Assembly: GCF_009914755.1 (NCBI RefSeq)
Contig: NC_060930.1
Source of the DNA: the human T2T-CHM13v2.0 reference genome, Homo sapiens
Strand: one strand, 5' to 3'
DNA: 64,000 nt
Every line of letters begins with the position of its first letter. The stretch's first letter is position 1. Position numbers and translations under genes: made by a program. The notes under the pieces are model-generated. The model had not been told where the DNA came from, did no database searches, and saw only the letters and a program-made list of their open reading frames with translations. Positions 1 to 14,461 of the stretch are shown here, piece by piece.

Positions 1-880
1 CAACAAGGTTTTAGATTACAAATTCAGTTTTTTAAATCAATATTAAGGCTATTTAGGCTATTTCATCTTGAATAAACTTTTGCAGTTTGTGTCTTTCAGT
101 TAGTTTGTCCTTTTCATCTACAGTCATGTGTCATTTAACAAAGAGAATAAGTTCTGAGAGATGCATCCTTAGTCAAATCTGTCATTGTGCAAATATCATA
201 GGGTGTCGTTACACACACCTAGATGGTAGAGCCTACTTACTACACATCAAGGCTATATGGTATAACCTCTTGCTCCTAGACTACAAGTCTGTACAGCACG
301 TTACTGTACTGAATATTGTAAGCAATTAGAACACAATATTTGTGTATCTTAACATAGAAAAGGTGCAGCAAAAACATGGAATTATAATTTTATGGAACTA
401 TCATTATATATGTGGTCCGTCATTGACTGTCATGCATTGCATGACTGTATATGGTGACATTATTCTGATAAGATTATAATACTTGAGTATTACCCTTGTA
501 ATATTTGTATTATCTGTAATGATTCCTTTTATTCCTGATAACTATTTGTGTCTTCTCCCCTTTTCTCTTAGTCTGGATAGATGTTTTCAATTACATTGAT
601 ATTTTTGTGTAATCAGCATTGCTTGCTTTAAATTTTCTCTATTACTCTGTATTCTACTTCATTTATTTTTGTTATCTTTATTAACTTCCTTCTGTTTAAT
701 TACGACCTAATTACTCTTGGTTTCCTAATTTCCAAAGGTGTTACCTTAGATAATTGCTTTAAAATGTTTCTTCTAATATAAACACGTAATATTATAAATT
801 CCCCTCTAATAACCTCTTTAGTTGCATTCCATAAATTCAAATATGTTTTTTTGTTTTTCAAAGTATTTTCTGTTTCCTCT
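1..880 (-). mobile_element. Old L1M ORF2 fragment, interrupted by Tigger3a
   Basis: ORF 700..912(-) gives KTYLNLWNATKEVIRGEFIILRVYIRR, resembling L1 ORF2p [24 protein letters not shown]; T-rich antisense-L1 composition. Boundaries approximate. Confidence 0.8.
121..447. mobile_element. Tigger3a (MER7A/Golem-derived) Tc1/mariner MITE, copy 1
   Basis: TIRs CAGTCATG...CATGACTG, TA target duplication at 119-120 and 448-449, and the characteristic internal acctagatggt..agcctac..acac..ggctatatggtata. Confidence 0.9.
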
Positions 881-884
881 TGTG

Positions 885-1108
885 ATGTGAATGTGTGTGT
901 GTGTGCATGCACTCATGGTGTTGAATAGGTTAATTAGCTTGTGGTGATTAGTACATAATGTATGTGTATATATATACATATATATGATTATTACGTGTGT
1001 GTGTGTATATATATATATATATACACACACACATATCTCAAAACATGAAGTTGTACACCTTGAATATATACATTTTTATTTGTTAATTTTACTTCAATAA
1101 AGCTGGGG
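885..1108 (+). mobile_element. L1MA/L1MB-type 3' end with embedded (TG)n/(TA)n microsatellite
   Basis: gttaattagctt..aaaacatgaagttgtacaccttgaatatatac..ttacttcaataaagctgggg matches old L1 3' UTR ends. Confidence 0.7.
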
Positions 1109-1129
1109 GCAAACCCCCATCACTTTGCT

Positions 1130-3040
1130 TTTGGTTTTTAGTTTTACTTTGCTGAAATCATAAAGCATATATGATTTTAATCTTTTAACATTTATTGAAT
1201 TTTATCATCCAGAAAATGATACAACTTGGTAAATATTCCACTGCATTTAATGTAAATTTGTATTCAGCTATTGTTGAGGACAGTGTTTCATAAATATTAA
1301 ATAGCTCAAATCTGTTGGAAGCTTTACTGCTTACCATCGTTTTTTCTTTGCGTTACCATTGCCATAATTCCTGTTTACCTGTCTTCAAGATCACTGATTG
1401 GTTTTCTTTTGCTGTATCCAGTCTGCTTGTAGGCTAATTGATGAAATTACTTATTTCTGATATGGTATTTTTCATTTCTAGCATTTCCATTTGACTCCTT
1501 CGTAAAGTTGTAATCTCTCTGAAAGTCCTTATCTGTTCATGCATCCCATTTATCTCATCTACTATGCCGTTAAACAAATTATAGTTAGTTTTAAATTACT
1601 GTGTAATAATTCCAGCCACTAGATGATTTCTCAATCTGTTTTGCCTCTGGATTACTTTTGCCTCTGGACAATGAGGTTTTTTTTTTCTTGTTTTATTTTG
1701 TCTCTCCTAAGTTTTTGTTGAATGGTAGACATAGTGTACAGACAGACTGATATAAAAAGGATTTATTCCTGGAAATGGGCATGCTTCTTTCAGGTCATTG
1801 GTACACTTGGTTCAATCATTCCAGTAGCTGTCTTGTGTTTGGTTGTATGTTGCTCTAGTTAATTTCAGTCTACCAGACTTCAAGATTCTCCAGTGGTAGA
1901 TGACTGTTACTTTTACTTACTGTGAAGCCTGGAGTGCTAAAATCTTATCTTTGTATTCCTCCTCCACCTCCAGCTTTCAGCAAGATCTCTAGCCACACTC
2001 TAGCCCTTTCCCCAGGGTATATTGCTGCTGACTTTTACTTGGTGCAGGGCTTGAGGTAGGGGCAGGTGTGTTTCTCAGCTCTTCTGTTCCAACATCAGTC
2101 TTCAGCAGGCCATGAGCACCTGAGCATCAAAGAATGAGATTTCTCAGCATTTTTGTTCCATTCCCACTGTAAAACAAGCTCTGCTTTCTCCTCAAATGCA
2201 CAGTCTAAAGAGTGAGTACCACACCCCTATTCCATGCCAGTCAAACTCTGCCCTATATTGATAGGTGCTTCTGCTTGAATGCTTGTGTTCCCCCCAAAAT
2301 TCATATGCTAAATCCCAATGACCCATGTGATGATATTTGGAGGTGGGGCCTTTGGAAGGTGATTGGGTCTTGAGTGTAGAGCCCTCACAGTAGGATTAGT
2401 GCCCCTCTAAAAAAGAGACTCCAGCAAGCTCATTCACCCCTTTCACCAAGGACACAGTGAAAAGATGATCCCAGGAAGCAGGCTGTCACCAGACACTAAA
2501 TATGCTGGTGCCTTGGTCTTAGACTTCCCAGCCTCCAAAACCATGATGAATCAATTTCTGTTTTTTATAAGCCACCCAGTCTGTGGCATTCTCTCATAGC
2601 AGTGTAAACGGACTAAGACAATGGGGGTATTTGGAGAGAATGACTTTTCTGCCTCTCCCTAGCAAAAGAAGACCTCTACCCTGTACCAATCCAGAACCCT
2701 GGGTACCAGTTGGTTTGCAGTCCCTCTGTATTAGTAGATGTTTTTGCATAATATCAGTGCACTGTAGAGGTAGATTTCCGTCAATGATAGCAGACCTATG
2801 CCTAAAATCAAGGTAGAGACTGGGAAAGTAAGAGGATATCTTTCCCTTTCTCCAAAAGCAAATAGCCTTTTTTTCTCATGTCTGAGCAGGGTCTGAGGTG
2901 GGCAGGAGCAGCTGTTCATCATCTTGTAATCATGTAGCTCTTGGAACATAGATAGGCTTCTCCAGGTAACTCTTCTCCATGTTTAAACAGAGGCAGGATC
3001 TGTACACCTGTGCTACCAAATGGGTTCATGATTTTTGTGT
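1130..3040 (-). mobile_element. Old L1M 5' region (ORF1 N-terminus/5' UTR) fragments, split by MLT1A
   Basis: cctgtcttcaagatcactga..ctgtatccagtctgct..ttcatttctagcatttccatttg is typical antisense L1M ORF1 sequence. Extent approximate. Confidence 0.55.
2266..2620 (+). mobile_element. MLT1A/MLT1A0 MaLR solo LTR
   Basis: TG...ccccaaaattcatatg...ggaggtggggcctttgg...gacttcccagcctcc...ataagccacccagtct...gactaagaCA; 5-bp TSD atagg/atggg. Confidence 0.88.
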
Positions 3041-3339
3041 ATGAGTTGTTCTTCCTGGACAATCCATCTGGACATTTCATTTCTTTCTGCCCTATATCAT
3101 GGTAAGGTCACAATCGACCACATAAATGGTATCAGACTTTAACGTGTTTCATATAATAATTCAATTCAGAAACATGAGACAGACTACTTTCACATCACAA
3201 ATTTAAACCTCCATCAAAACCCTCTTTGTGTCTATCAGTAATGTTTATCTGCATTAACAGATGTGCTAAGATTTTAAGGACAGGTATTCTGTCTTGAGTC
3301 CCTTCTAGTCCAAAAGTGAACTGTATTTGTTTCCCTTCC

Positions 3340-3610
3340 ACCTTTAAATTTTTGTGTTGCATATATTTATGGGGCACAACATGATCTTTTTATAAATGTA
3401 TACATTGTTTAATGATTACATCAAGCTATTTAATATATCCATCACATCACACTTTTTTGTGGTGGGAAGATTTGAAATCAACTCTCTTAGTAATCTTCAA
3501 GTATACAGTATACTATTATTAATTATATTCACCATGCTGTACAATTGATCTCTGGAAATTATTCATTCTAATGAAACATTGTCCCTTTGATTAACATCTC
3601 TTCATCTCCA
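3340..3610 (-). mobile_element. L1MA (L1MA8/9-like) 3' end
   Basis: tatatttatggggcacaacatga..atcaagctatttaatatatccatcac..tcaccatgctgtacaattgatctc is the antisense L1MA 3' UTR. Confidence 0.8.
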
Positions 3611-4169
3611 CTTTTACAAAAGTGAATTGCACTTATAAGCCATCAAAAATGTTTATTAAATGAATTTGAAAATAATGGGAAAAATGAGGGTTTCATACTA
3701 GCAGTTCTCTTTTCTTTATTCCACTCTTTTATGTAAACACCCAGTGGAATCCAGTGGACAATGAGTAGTAAGTGGGCACACTTTTGAGTGATGCTTCTGG
3801 AAATCTTACGCTACTATTTTAACCCATACTCAGTCTTTAATCACTGGCTAATATTTTAGTTGTGGTTTCCTTGCCTACTTTTATAGCAGCTGCCTTATGT
3901 CCCCATACTTGCCAAAGATAAAATATCCATGTGACCTACCTCTCCTTGCAGGGTCTTATTACTTTTGGGATTCAGTTCATTAGATCGCCTCTGATGTGAG
4001 CTTTGTGATGGGCTAAAGAATATGAATTTTAAAAATTAGACAGCTTTTTCTTATTATTATTTCTCTGTAGCTTTCTACAGCCTTAGTAAGAATGAAAATA
4101 AGTGTAAATTATTAACAAACACATTTAAGCTTATATTATTCCTATATGCATCAAAAGCAATTCATATCT

Positions 4170-4380
4170 TTATTAGTAAGTAGGGCTCTATTTTGCTGTG
4201 ATAACAAATAACTCCGCAGTATCACTAGCTTTAAACAACATTCAAACTACTTGTCCATTTTAGGATGGCAAAACATCTGCTCAGATTTATTTTCCCACTA
4301 GGATCTAGGCCGACAGAGCAGTCTCCGTCTGGGATTTTTCAGTTTATTATGGCAGAGAGAGTTGAATTGAATGTGAATAG
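4170..4380 (-). mobile_element. Old MLT1 (K/L-like) LTR fragment
   Basis: tgctgtgataacaaataactcc..gctttaaacaaca..ggatctaggccgacagagcag resembles ancient MaLR LTR ends; highly diverged. Confidence 0.45.
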
Positions 4381-5570
4381 TAAAGTGAATATAATTTTCA
4401 TCACTAGAGAATGGACTCAATCATCTTTTCATAAATCCTTTTATTATCTTTGTAAGTCTACAATTTCTTCTAAAACTGCACCTAAAAATCGTAGCCAAGG
4501 TTTGGATACTTAGAAGAGACTAGATTAATATCAGCTCTTAGAGACCTTGGGTCTAAAAACAAGGCTCGTTTCTGTTTGGGTGTGTGTTACACATTTTACC
4601 ATGTTCTTGAGTTTACTGATAGGAATACAGACTCTACTTCCAATCAGACAATGCTTTAGCCAAATATATAGCTGGAGGGATATTAGGTTCAGTTCTTTAT
4701 TCTGAGGATACAGTGGGTTGGAAAAATCATGAGAATCAAGAAGATTTTCAGGATATAAAATAAGTACTTTTTGGGAAAACAATAAACTATGTGATTTTAC
4801 TTGGCAAACTGAAAGCTGAGGAGAGATTTAGTAAAAATCACAGGATCAGAAGGGCCATCTGTTTAGATTTTATTTACTTATCTATTCTCTCATTTCATTT
4901 CTAGTGAAGATACTTCCATTTTAGAAAGATAAAATGGGCTCCTAATAAAAAAGCAGAAATTTAAGTTAGAAGTGAGAAAAATCTTCTGGCAGCAAAGTTT
5001 ATTAAATCGTGCAGTGACTCTCCAAGTCAGTTTTGCAACTTCTTTGCTAAAGTTCTTTAAAACTAAGTTAGTATCTCATCATTGAGTTTCTTTAAATTAT
5101 TGTCTAGAGGAATGGATTCTGACCTCATAAGATCCTTTCCTATTCAAACATTTTATTTCTTATTGAAAAAAAATACACAGCTTGCTTTTGAATAATGCTT
5201 TAACTTTTTGAAAAGGCTTAACATTCATGTTCTGATTTGATTATTACAACTCTATTCAGTAGGTCTAGAAGATTTTTCTCTTAAATAAGGAAACATACAC
5301 AAAGAGATGACACAGCCTGTTAAGTGGCACACATGCGACCAGAACTTGTTCTCTTTGAACACTTCAATCCTGACTTGATTCTTTACCATAGTGTCTTTAG
5401 TTTGATGTTAAATCTTGGTAACAAACAGGAATGATTTTAATATCTAGATGAAGAATTCTAGATATTAGAATGATAAATATTTGAGATCATTAAGCCCAAT
5501 TAGAATATTCCACATACAACATAAAATTATAATTATGTGTGTGTACATCAATAGATATATTCTACTATGA

Positions 5571-5917
5571 CAGTCATGTGTTACTTGAAGAAAGAAATGT
5601 GTTCTGAGCAATGTGTCCTTAGTGATTTCATTATTGTGCAAACATCATACGGTGCACTTTCGCAAGCCTAGACAGCAGAGCCTACTACACAGCTAGGCTG
5701 TATGTTATAGCCTATTGCTCCTGGGCTACAAACCTGCACAGCATGTTACTGTATGGAATACTGCAGGCAACCGTAACACAATGGGAAGTATGTCTGTATC
5801 TAAACATATCTAAACATAGAAAAAGTACAGTAAAAATATGGGATTTTAATCTTACGGGACCAGCATTACATATGCAGTTCATAGTTCATCAAAACATCAC
5901 TATGAGGCGCGTGACTG
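5571..5917. mobile_element. Tigger3a MITE, copy 2 (full length)
   Basis: CAGTCATG start, GTGACTG end followed by TA (5918-5919); colinear with copy 1 and in the same orientation. Confidence 0.9.
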
Positions 5918-8900
5918 TATGTATATGCGTATGTATACATTTATGTACATGTTTTGAACAAAATATTGTTTAATAAACAGGATTTATATCTCAAATGATA
6001 CAAAGTTTCATTGTCAATATTCTCCTTCCCATCTCATAGGCTCCACTGTGAAATGTATCTCAGGATCTATATTCAAGAGCCTTCCATTTCAACCAGATAG
6101 ACTCCTATCCCTGGCATTTGAACAGAAGGTTAAGCTTGTAAGTTGACTCCCTCAGTGCTAATATTTTTTCTGAAAACTTAATCAGACAATTGGATGGATC
6201 AGGTGGCCTCTAAAAGTCTACCAACTCTTAAATATCTCAATCTTTTAGGTTAAACTTTCCTGTTACTTTATATTTGCAGCCTCCTAAACCCAACTATTCA
6301 TGGAGATCCATAAGACATCAACATATGTAGCATTATGCCAAAGGCATTTTAAGCTTTTCCATTTTCCACAGAATTTGAACTTTTAAAATAACAACCCCCC
6401 CCCACCATCTTTTATTTTTTACCTACAGACAAGAAACTTTCAGCAAAACACTTGAACGTACGACGTTGTGTTTCAGCAGTGATGGAGTGTGATTTGACTG
6501 GAAATATTGCCTTTGCTGTTACGGTGTTTGTGTACTGAGTTCCTGGCAGGATAATTCTGGCAGTAGAAAAAAAGAATTCCATCTATAGAGTATTTTTTCA
6601 GGCATTATCAGTGCCAGCCATGGTTTTAGGTTACATTTTAACGGTGAGGTGGGGAGAGATTGCCCCAGATGGTGGATGTAAAATGTGCCATAAATTTTAA
6701 TGAAGCAAATAAGTCACTAATAACCCTACTGCTAACACTGCTATGTTTGGGGCCGACCTTAATAAAGGAAAATTAAAAAGGCACATGTAGCCTTTAAACA
6801 AGTGCCTAAGAAGCCTAATATGATTTACTAATTCAGCTATTCACACTCTGATTGCATGGCCCCTGGTCATCTGCTCAAGTACAGCTGCTTCATGTGAAAT
6901 AAATAAATAAATAAAAAGTTTATTGACCACCAGATGTCCCAGCCTGTAATGGGTGCTGGCAGATTTCAGGTCACTCAGAGTTCAGGCAGATTTACTAAAT
7001 ATCCTTATATTTTTGGTAGCAACACTACCTTGGAAATCATACCTATATAATTGTTTCAGTCAGAGCCCAGAGATAACTTTCTTGCCCTCTTTCAGTCGTG
7101 AGATCTTAACCAATGGATCTCTTTTTTGTGAAGCAAAGTCTAACAGATAGGCTGTTGGTTAAGGATGCTGGGAAAGGACATATGGGACCTTTTCATTTTT
7201 CATTAAAAACTTGGCAGAAGATTCGTGAGGCTAGGCGTCATTAAGCCTTTACCAACCCAAGCAATTCACTTGGATATGGTAACTGAGAACCATTTTCTAG
7301 TTGAGATAACTCATGTACAGGGGGGGTCACATGACTCAACAACACACAGAGCACAGAAGAGAACCAACAATCATAGGCAATCCTCTTAGACCACATGATG
7401 CAATAATGTGCATGTATAGTGTACCTATGTGATAATGTACTAATGTTTCTATGCATCATTAAATTCATAGCAAAAAGAAAAAAACTTCAAAGATGAGATT
7501 AAGAAATGAAATGATTAGTATTTTAAAGTATCTGACTAAGTGTGATAGCTTCACCATTCTTACACAATATCTAAAACCAGAATATATAGTTAAGGCAATG
7601 CTCATCATTAATCATGGTGGATACAAATCTACATTTCAAAAAAAATCTTCTTTATAATATTAATTCTAGAGTGCCAATTCCTTCTCAGATCCGATTATGC
7701 CATCCGCCTCCTGAAATCATTGATGAAGAGCTGAAATGAGGTGGACAAGTGCCAGTTCTGCAATCTCCTATTTTTTGCTGTCATTATGTGATTCAAATTA
7801 TCTTTGACCCAGAGTTACTCCTCAAGACTCTGTTTAAGCCCCTTGTCCATTTCATAAGGATTTAGCTTAGTTAAAAGAAGATAATGTCATTTAAAATCCC
7901 AGTTAATTAGGAGCATGCAAATTGCAACATATCACACAATTTCAGAAGCCAACAACAGTGTGAAGACACCATTGGCTGTCCCTCTGTGGGGGTGGGCACT
8001 CCCTCCTGACACCTCACCTACTCTACAACACACGGGGTTTCCAGCAGATGGATAGAATGGGGACCCCAGAGTCGATCAGCTCACATATTATGTATACTTC
8101 CTTTATTACATCTAATTCTTTATTTTTAGATAAAAATGAATATCAACAGAAGTTCTGGGTTTGTTTTCCTCACATTCAACATTAGCAATTACCATCTTGG
8201 GCCATAAATGACCTCCAGGTGGCCTTAACATCAACACACCCACAGTCTTTAGTCCAATGCCACATATCTCTCTGCCTAGTCCAGTAAAATATTCCTGTTT
8301 CTCAACATAATCCAGTTACTCTTCCAAAACAACTCAACATTTCAGGTGGTGTTAAATTACATATTCCAGAACTGCTTGATACAGATTAAAAGCCACATGC
8401 AGCCAGGAAAACACAAGAGATACTATGGCAGATATGCATGAACTTTGGTCAATAAGTCTGAATTTGATATTTTAGTGCCAAATATAATGAAAGGGAAAGT
8501 TCAGATATGTCCATGCATGTGTGTGTATGGTTTTGCATTCTAGGTTTCAACACACACAAAAATTGTGGCAATCATTTGTTATATAACAGGGGACTTCAAT
8601 AGCATGTCGGGTTTGCTTTTGTTTGCTTTTTACACAGGATTTTTTAGCTCATATGATCTATTTTGACTGTAAACTTGTTTATCTATGTAGATAGTTTTCC
8701 TTTTACTACCTTAATCCCAAGCAAGAAAAAATATGTCACTTCATCCATACACGCAGACAATCCAAACTGACACTGCTCCAGTCACATAAACTCACATCTA
8801 TCCACAAACACAGAAACTAAAGAAAGCCTGCTTCTCCCAGTTACCAGTAAAACTTTAAATACAAATGAGAACCATGTCCCATCAAACTTAAAGTGGTAGT

Positions 8901-11900
8901 GCTTCAGACTTTTATCAGGGTTATTACTGATTATGTTAACCATCCCGGTGGAAAAAGGAAAGAAAATCTCTGCTGTTTACTAATATTTTTGTATATGAAC
9001 AAATTGTTTACGATTATTTACAGTCATTCGTCATTTCCCACCCAGGCTCTCCAAACTTTTTCCACCTTAAATCTTTGAGTTAATTTTCACCAAAGCATGT
9101 ATATTCCAGGATTTTTTTCATTTCCTATTTGAAGGCAAAAACATTTGTTTCTGTAAAGCACGCTGATGAAAATTCAGAAATATTCAGTTTTCTAAAATGT
9201 TTAATTTCAAATAGTGATATGTCAGAGGATAATAGACTAAGACATATGCTATATTTCCAATGCAAAATTATTTTAATATAATTAATTTTAAATCAGGGTG
9301 ATGAGGAGGAAGTAGATTGCATGTTTAAGGGAAACCTTTCCATTTAGAGATATGAAACGTTCAATTCAATATTTCAACAACAAATGACCTAGTTTGTCAG
9401 TCTGTCTTTTATTTGTCTTACCCTCAGTCAAGAAATTGAGGAATACCCTGCTTTTCAGATAAATACTGTACTGAAAATCAAAACATCACAAAGGATCTAA
9501 ACAGAACTGCCATCAGGAGCTTCAAGGATGGAAGATTTTAAACATGGCTTAGATAATATTTTCCTAAATTTGGAGCCAGACAAAGATGACCGAATAGAAT
9601 GGGAGGACAGTATGAACTCAGAGTCTTAATCCTGGGGGGTTTCTTACACCTTCTCCTTAGACATGTTTAATTAGCTGGGGCCTGTTGTATTTATTTGGTA
9701 GATTTGGATACAAATGGAAAAAAGGTCTTTTCATCTCTTTTTATCAGTAGTCCCCCAAAGCCAAGGCAGGTGTCTGTGGGATTAAACATAATTACAAAGG
9801 GAGAGAGAGAGGGAAGAAGGGAGCTAGATAATAATTCCCAACAGAGCTGGAATTTGAGAACGGGAGCAGGTGCTGCAAGAGGCCCCATGTATCCAACTAA
9901 TTTGAGCCACGATGTTGTGTAAAGGCCCACATATTCATCCTTTCAACGCGGAGGGCCCTGGCAGCCTGTGAGTACAAAGACAGGATGCCAGGATGGCCAG
10001 CCCCGGCACCATGGCTACCAGGGTAACCAGACCCTGCTTCTCACTGCTGCCTTTGTTGGGTGGCAGCCACGGGAAACAAAGTGCCACTTCTTACCATTGT
10101 ACAGGCACATGCATAATATCCTTCTTTTGCCTCATCATCATGAATTAGCAATTACTCTATTCTTCGATGGAAGAGCAGCCGCAGGTGACAAAGCACCGCA
10201 ACTTCTAGTTTATAGTGCTGAAGCCCTTCATTTGGTGTTTCAGTTTTGGATTGACCTCTTCAGCTAGTGTATTCCCATTGTGAAGAAAATTCTATGATCC
10301 CATAGAAAAGTGGTTTTCTTTCTCGATTTGGAGGGTCTGACCCATGGTTTGACTGGAGGGGGTTAGAAAGTACTGAAAGAACTATGCACAAAAAGGTCCT
10401 TCTTCAACTCAGAGAACACCTGGACTACACAAAGGAGACACAAACCCGAATGCTGTCACCCACCCACGGCGCCACAGCCGCTTCCCATCACAGACTGAGC
10501 CACGATGACTCCGTCTGGGCTCTCATTGAAGATCCATTCTTTAATCAAACTTTTAAGATAATGCCACTTTTTCTCTCGTTGTACCCATGGCTCACTCGCA
10601 TTTAAAGAATGAGAGGGAACTGTGAGATTTTCGTTCTGATGGCCTTGCGCCTTCTAAACTCCATGAATGGAGAAGCATTTTAACAATAACTTATAAGTTA
10701 TTTTGATGAAACTTGAAAGAAGGCTTTTTTTTAGGCCCCAGAAAGAAGAGAGCCCTGTTTTTCTGCTTGGACTAGTTTTTGTTTTATTTTTCAGACCTTA
10801 AAGGAACACTTAAGTGTCAGCATTCCAGATTATAATAATAAAACTGAGAGAATAAAGTTATTTTTTCCAACTGTGGCATGGGGTACCATTTACTTCATAG
10901 CGATATATATCACTGTGTAATAGGAATATTCTATAAGTAAAATGTCTGTTTTGATATTTTCTGTCAACTAGAAAAAATGAAATAAAATGATTGAGAGTTT
11001 TGATGTATAAAATTACAAAATGACTTTATTGTTTAATTGCACATTTCATATAAGCACCTAGGTACGGTCTTTTTATATATCATCATGTACGTTGTAAAAT
11101 ACCTGGAAACGTAGCACCTAGCTACTCTAATCCCAAGGGCAATATGCCAGGAATGTTAAGATTTATAGTTTGATGAATGTATGTATTTAAGATACGGGAG
11201 GAAGTCTTAACCTGGGCCCATTACTAGCCCTTTAACATTTCAGAATATGTCAGGGCATGCCAGGGAAAATAAGAAAAAAAAAATAGAATAAACATTTAAA
11301 AGATTAAAGGCATTTTTAAGGGTACTGAATAAAGGTAGACAACTAGTTCTAAGACTGTGGAGTAAATTAAGGGTATCTTTGGACTTCTAAAGCAACATAA
11401 TGAATGGAGAAAAAATTCACACTGAAGAAAATGTTAGGATGCACTGGTTCTATGCAGGGATACTAGTTGGTTACAAGTGGGAAGAATTGCAGACAGAGAT
11501 GAGATTATCACCAAGGAAATTATCTTCTTTATTAGCCTCTGGGGGATTTTATATCAAGATTCTAAGAAGGACCCCATGCAGTAGAAATAAAATTAGTGCA
11601 ACGATGGGGCTAATCAACTGCTTGGAGTTATATAAGAAATAGAGTTAAAGGCAGTCCTGCATGGGATCTGATAAAGTCATTGTAATAATGATGAGAAAGG
11701 GGGCTCTTTTGTTACTCCAGTGAGGACATCATTAGAGACTGGACCAGGCCATCTCTCATCAGGATAATATTAAAATCATAAGAGAAGCACAAAATCATAG
11801 GCAGCATGATAGGAACAACAGCTTCAACTGTGAAGGGTCAATCTACACAAAGCCTGAAGAAGTCCCATGGAAAATTAGAGGAGCAGCAGAAAGGAAAATA

Positions 11901-12121
11901 TCAGAAACCTTGTGAAAGTGGGCCAGCCACCACTGAGATCCTGCCAGAAGGGTAGCCTGGAGATTCTCGCAATGAATCTGGAGGGACTTGAACAAAGAAA
12001 CTTTTGTTATCATTTTAATGATGAATTTTATGCTAATTGCACCTACAGCTTGGCTATACCCGAGAACCCCTGGTTTCCTATAATTGCAATATATGTATAC
12101 CCATGAAACATTTATGAATAA

Positions 12122-12442
<321 letters not shown>

Positions 12443-12759
12443 CATTCATGAATATTTTCTAAAGAAAAGCATTGACAGAATAAGCCATGTCTTATTCTAG
12501 TATAAATATTTTGATAGGTTTAATATTCAAATATCATGAACTATGACTATATTATTGACAATATGACTAAATATGACTATATTATTTAGAATCTGTGTTA
12601 AGCATTTATTCAAACCTTGGGCATAGTGAAAAATATTCAGAAAGCATCCTAGAGAAGTAGACAGCATTGGTTAAATTCATTCAACCTGATCACTAGGCTG
12701 AACTCACATCTGGGAGTGAGTCTCAAGTTGGAAACAGGTAGCAAGCATCTGAAGAGAGG

Positions 12760-13476
12760 TTTGGACTTTGAAACAGGAGGGGATGAGAATTTTAGAAGTA
12801 TTTAGCCACCTCTACTTTACAAATGCAACACCAACTAAATCAGAAACAACTGGATTCAGCAACAATTTCAGGCTTCTTAGTTATGTGGCTTTCAAGCCTG
12901 GGTATGGAAGGAACAAACAAGGAGAAGAAGTAGGGAATTACCACAGCTGAAGACTGTAGGGCTCAGCCCTAGGCACATCCTAAAACACCTCTGTCCATCT
13001 GCAGCACCTCAGAAGTGGGGGATCTGTTTAGAAATGTGTGCATCTCTCAACTAAGGAGTGTGCAGGGAAATCAGGGAAGTCAAGCATACCTACTCACCAA
13101 ATGGGATCGTACAAGGATATTCGCGGAGTGGTCTACGTCAACTTTTTGCCACAGAGTAGCTTCATCTATATGAATCTACAGCCAGGTACCTGGCAGTGGG
13201 CTGAGGGCTGCTATTATACAGCAGAAACTATAGACAGGAAGATGATTCACATGTGAAGCAGAGGAGAATGAAGAACAGCTAGGATCTGCCAAGTACCTCC
13301 TCCTACTGGCTCATCATCATATCTCACTGAAATCACCTTGCTTGAATACTGGCTGATTCCAAATCTTGCATGACATTCCCTTTTCACTTCTCGCCTTGAA
13401 GCACGCAGGGAAAAAAGATTTTGAAAAAAATAGAGCTCCCAGCCTAACCAAGTTGGCATACCACAATCTGGCAGCA
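12760..13476 (-). mobile_element. 3' LTR of an ERV-L-class provirus (LTR41/LTR33-like family, exact name uncertain)
   Basis: Minus strand reads PPT-like aaagtggataga followed by TGctgccagattgtggtatgccaacttggttaggctgg, an ERV-L LTR start. Left boundary uncertain. Confidence 0.55.
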
Positions 13477-14377
13477 TCTATCCACTTTCAATCTGACACC
13501 CATACACTCCTCTTTTAATCACATTTAACTTACAAGTAAAAAGAATAGCAAAACATTTAGCATGTCATTTCTAGTACAACCAAAATCACATTTACCATCT
13601 ACACAAAAAAGGAGAGACAAAGTCACTGTATTCATCTTTGGGTAAGGATCATTTCTCTTCTAGCAAAGTCACACATACCATTTTTGATATATTGTAAGTT
13701 AAATATTGAGATATATAGTTAATTGCTAACATACCTTATGTTAGCCATTATTTCTGTAATTGAGCAAGTGGTCATATTTGGTACTTCTGATGTTCCTCTT
13801 CCAATACCCATTCCTTATTCCCTTCGCCCCCAGAAAGAACCTTAGCTTGTCATGGTTCTTTTCTAGATGTGATAATCTAAACCTTCATTGCTGAAGTATG
13901 TAGCCATTTTCAGTCCCACCAGGTTGTAGTTTATAATTAACTTCTATTACAAAACATGGTAGCAATAAGAGGTGTCCCAGGAGTATTCCTCTCTTCTGAA
14001 CATAATTCTCCCCATATCTGTTGTGTAGTAAAAACCAAATTCCCCCCTTAATAAAACTGATTATCCCAGCCTCATGTCTCATAGTTTAGTGTCATAAGGA
14101 GCCCAAAATAGCCAGGTGGCAGGCTCAGTTTCCAGTTTAATGGAAACAGCATGCAGTCCCTGGTGGAAGCATTTCCTTTTTGAAACTAAGGCCTCTAAAC
14201 CAGCAGAGCCCCAAATTGTGGAAATGGAAGGCAAAAATTTTGCTAGTGGGTATTAAGGGTAATAGGAGGAGAAGCCACTATATTTCATTCATTGATTCCC
14301 AGAGCTGTGACTACTAGCTATGGGAGTAACAGCGCCATAAATAGGTTGCTGATTCAGAGAACACACTGCAGCCTTGA

Positions 14378-14461
14378 GACTATTACCCCAGCACCATGAC
14401 TATTACCCCAGCACCATGACTATTACCCCTACACTGTGACTATTACCCCAGCACCATGACT
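14378..14461 (+). repeat. Minisatellite, 20-bp unit GACTATTACCCCAGCACCAT x4.2
   Basis: Units 1, 2 and 4 are identical; unit 3 is gactattacccctacactgt. Confidence 0.95.

Noticed and set aside
8041-8055. CTCF-like CCAGCAGATGG
   Set aside because: Lacks the 3' GC-rich end of the core (reads GGATAG); better seen as a lone E-box.
14378-14461. CRISPR-like repeat array
   Set aside because: Head-to-tail units with no unique spacers, no cas genes, and a eukaryotic context; it is a minisatellite.
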